64,000 nt of DNA from an uncultured Planctomycetaceae bacterium (GTDB taxonomy: Bacteria > Planctomycetota > Planctomycetia > Planctomycetales > Planctomycetaceae): NCBI GenBank assembly GCA_963815195.1, contig CAWFGE010000022.1, forward strand, positions 256,001-320,000, read 5' to 3'. The translations under genes were made by a program, and so were the position numbers. Every line of letters starts with the position of its first letter. Position 1 is the first letter of the stretch. Shown here in pieces: positions 62,634 through 64,000 of the stretch. A model generated the notes under the pieces. It saw nothing but the letters and a program-made list of their open reading frames with translations, had not been told where the DNA came from and did no database searches.

Positions 62634-62661
62634 TCTCCCGATCTCCCCTTCTCCCGATCTC
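62634..62661. repeat. CTCCCGAT octamer repeat arm
   Basis: TCTCCCGATCTCCCCTTCTCCCGATCTC; matches 49063..49090, with a degenerate relative at 23991..24032. Confidence 0.7.
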
Positions 62662-62663
62662 AG

Positions 62664-64000
62664 TTACCGGGCGGACCCGGCGGGAGTGCGGCTGTCGCGC
62701 TGAGGCAACCCCATCAACTCTTCCGCGCGGAGGTCCTGCAGGCTTTGCGTCATGCGCCCGTCGTCTTCGGGAAGCTTGAACGCACTCACGGAGCCGCGGA
62801 GTTCCTCGGCGAGGGCGGCCAATCCGCCGATGGCCTTCGCCGCCTGCTTGGTCCCGTCGGCCGTCTGTTTCGTCACGCCGGAGATTTCGTTCATCGACTT
62901 CGACAAGGCTTCGGCACCCCGGGCCTGCTGTTTCGTGGCAAGCGAAATGCTGTGAATCGAGCTCGTCGAGCCGCGAGGAGACTTCGTCGATTTCTTCGAG
63001 AGCTTCGCCGGCTTGCACCGCCAGCGTCGAACCCGCCACCACTTCCCGCGTGCTTTCTTCCATCGCGGAGATGGCTTCCGAGGTTTCGCCCTGGATCGCT
63101 TTAATCAAGGCGGCGATCTGCTTGGTCGCTTCGTTCGAGCGTTCGGCGAGGCGTTCGACTTCCTCGGCCACGACCGCGAACCCTTGCCCGGCATCGCCCG
63201 CCATCGCCGCCTGAATCGAGGCGTTCAAGGCGAGAATACTCGTGCGGTCGGCGATGTCGCTGATCAACTGCACGATTTCGCCGATCTCCTGCGAGCTTTC
63301 GCCCAGACGCTTGATGCGCTTGGCACTGTCCTGCACCTGGTCGCGAATACGGTTCATGCCTTGGATCGTGTCCTGCACCGCGAGCGTTCCCTTGTGGGCG
63401 CTTTCGCGGGCCTGGCGGGCGACGACGGCCGACTCGTCGGTGTTGTCGGCCACCTGGCCGATGGACAACGACATTTCATCAATCGCCGAGGACGTGTCCA
63501 GAATCTGGGCCGCCTGGGCTTCGGTCCCGCGGGACAGATGCTCGGTCGTGGAGCGGATGTCGTGGGTCGAATGGCTCACCTGATCGGTCGCCCGCTTCAC
63601 CCGGCGGACCACATCGCGAAGCTGCGAGATCATAAAGTTGATGGCATCGGCAATCCCGCCGGTGATTTCACGGTTCACGTTGGATTCGATCCGCAAATCG
63701 CCCGCCGCGATTTCCGAGACTTCCTGCATCAGGATTTGAATGTCCTGCTGGATGGCGTCGCGTTCTTCGCGGGACTGGATCAGCGTGAGCGTGTTGTCGC
63801 ACATCGAGTTCAGCGACTCGGCCACCGTGCCCAATTCATCGCGGCTGACGACTTCCGCCCGCGCGCTGAAATCGCCGATGCCGATCGAGGAAAGCATCTC
63901 CATGATCGCATCCGTCTGCCGGGTCAGGCTGCCGGATAACATCAGCGAGATAATCAGAATCAATACGCTCGCGCCCAAAGCGACGATGAGGAACACGTTC
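62664..64000 (-). CDS. Methyl-accepting chemotaxis protein, PilJ-like (start lies beyond the window; frameshift near 62955)
   Basis: TM helix, two HAMP-like segments, hairpin [40 protein letters not shown]. Confidence 0.93.

Noticed and set aside
1..64000. rRNA, tRNA, tmRNA, IS transposase, integrase or prophage
   Set aside because: None recognised by eye; short structured RNAs could be missed without covariance-model searches.

Overview
GC-rich bacterial chromosomal window, very probably from a planctomycete. This is inferred from the tandem CRTAC1/ASPIC-UnbV proteins, a sulfatase, several lipoproteins of unknown function and an EF-hand protein. It is mostly housekeeping and accessory genes: NfeD-flotillin, MoxR, a sucrose-phosphate synthase/amylosucrase pair with a divergent HAD-TreZ fusion, rimI, cbiMQO plus a StyC-like/SRPBCC/VIT1 run, ahcY, hflKC, msrP, argS, truB, an oxoprolinase, and the distal part of a Pil-Chp-like chemosensory operon (MCP, CheA-REC, CheW-CheW, an unknown protein, a CBS histidine kinase). 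Many genes carry single-base frameshifts that look like assembly errors. I saw no rRNA, tRNA, CRISPR array or transposase. The intergenic DNA is rich in palindromic (REP-like) and short-period repeats from several families. Best candidates for something new: (1) a 489-bp cassette with a DUF559 endonuclease between perfect 39-bp hairpin inverted repeats; (2) the HAD-TreZ fusion next to the sucrose/amylosucrase genes; (3) the chemosensory operon ending in an unknown protein coupled to a CBS kinase; (4) an orphan ORF with SAM-lyase/PII-like motifs between inverted REP copies. All family calls are from motif recognition by eye; no searches were run.
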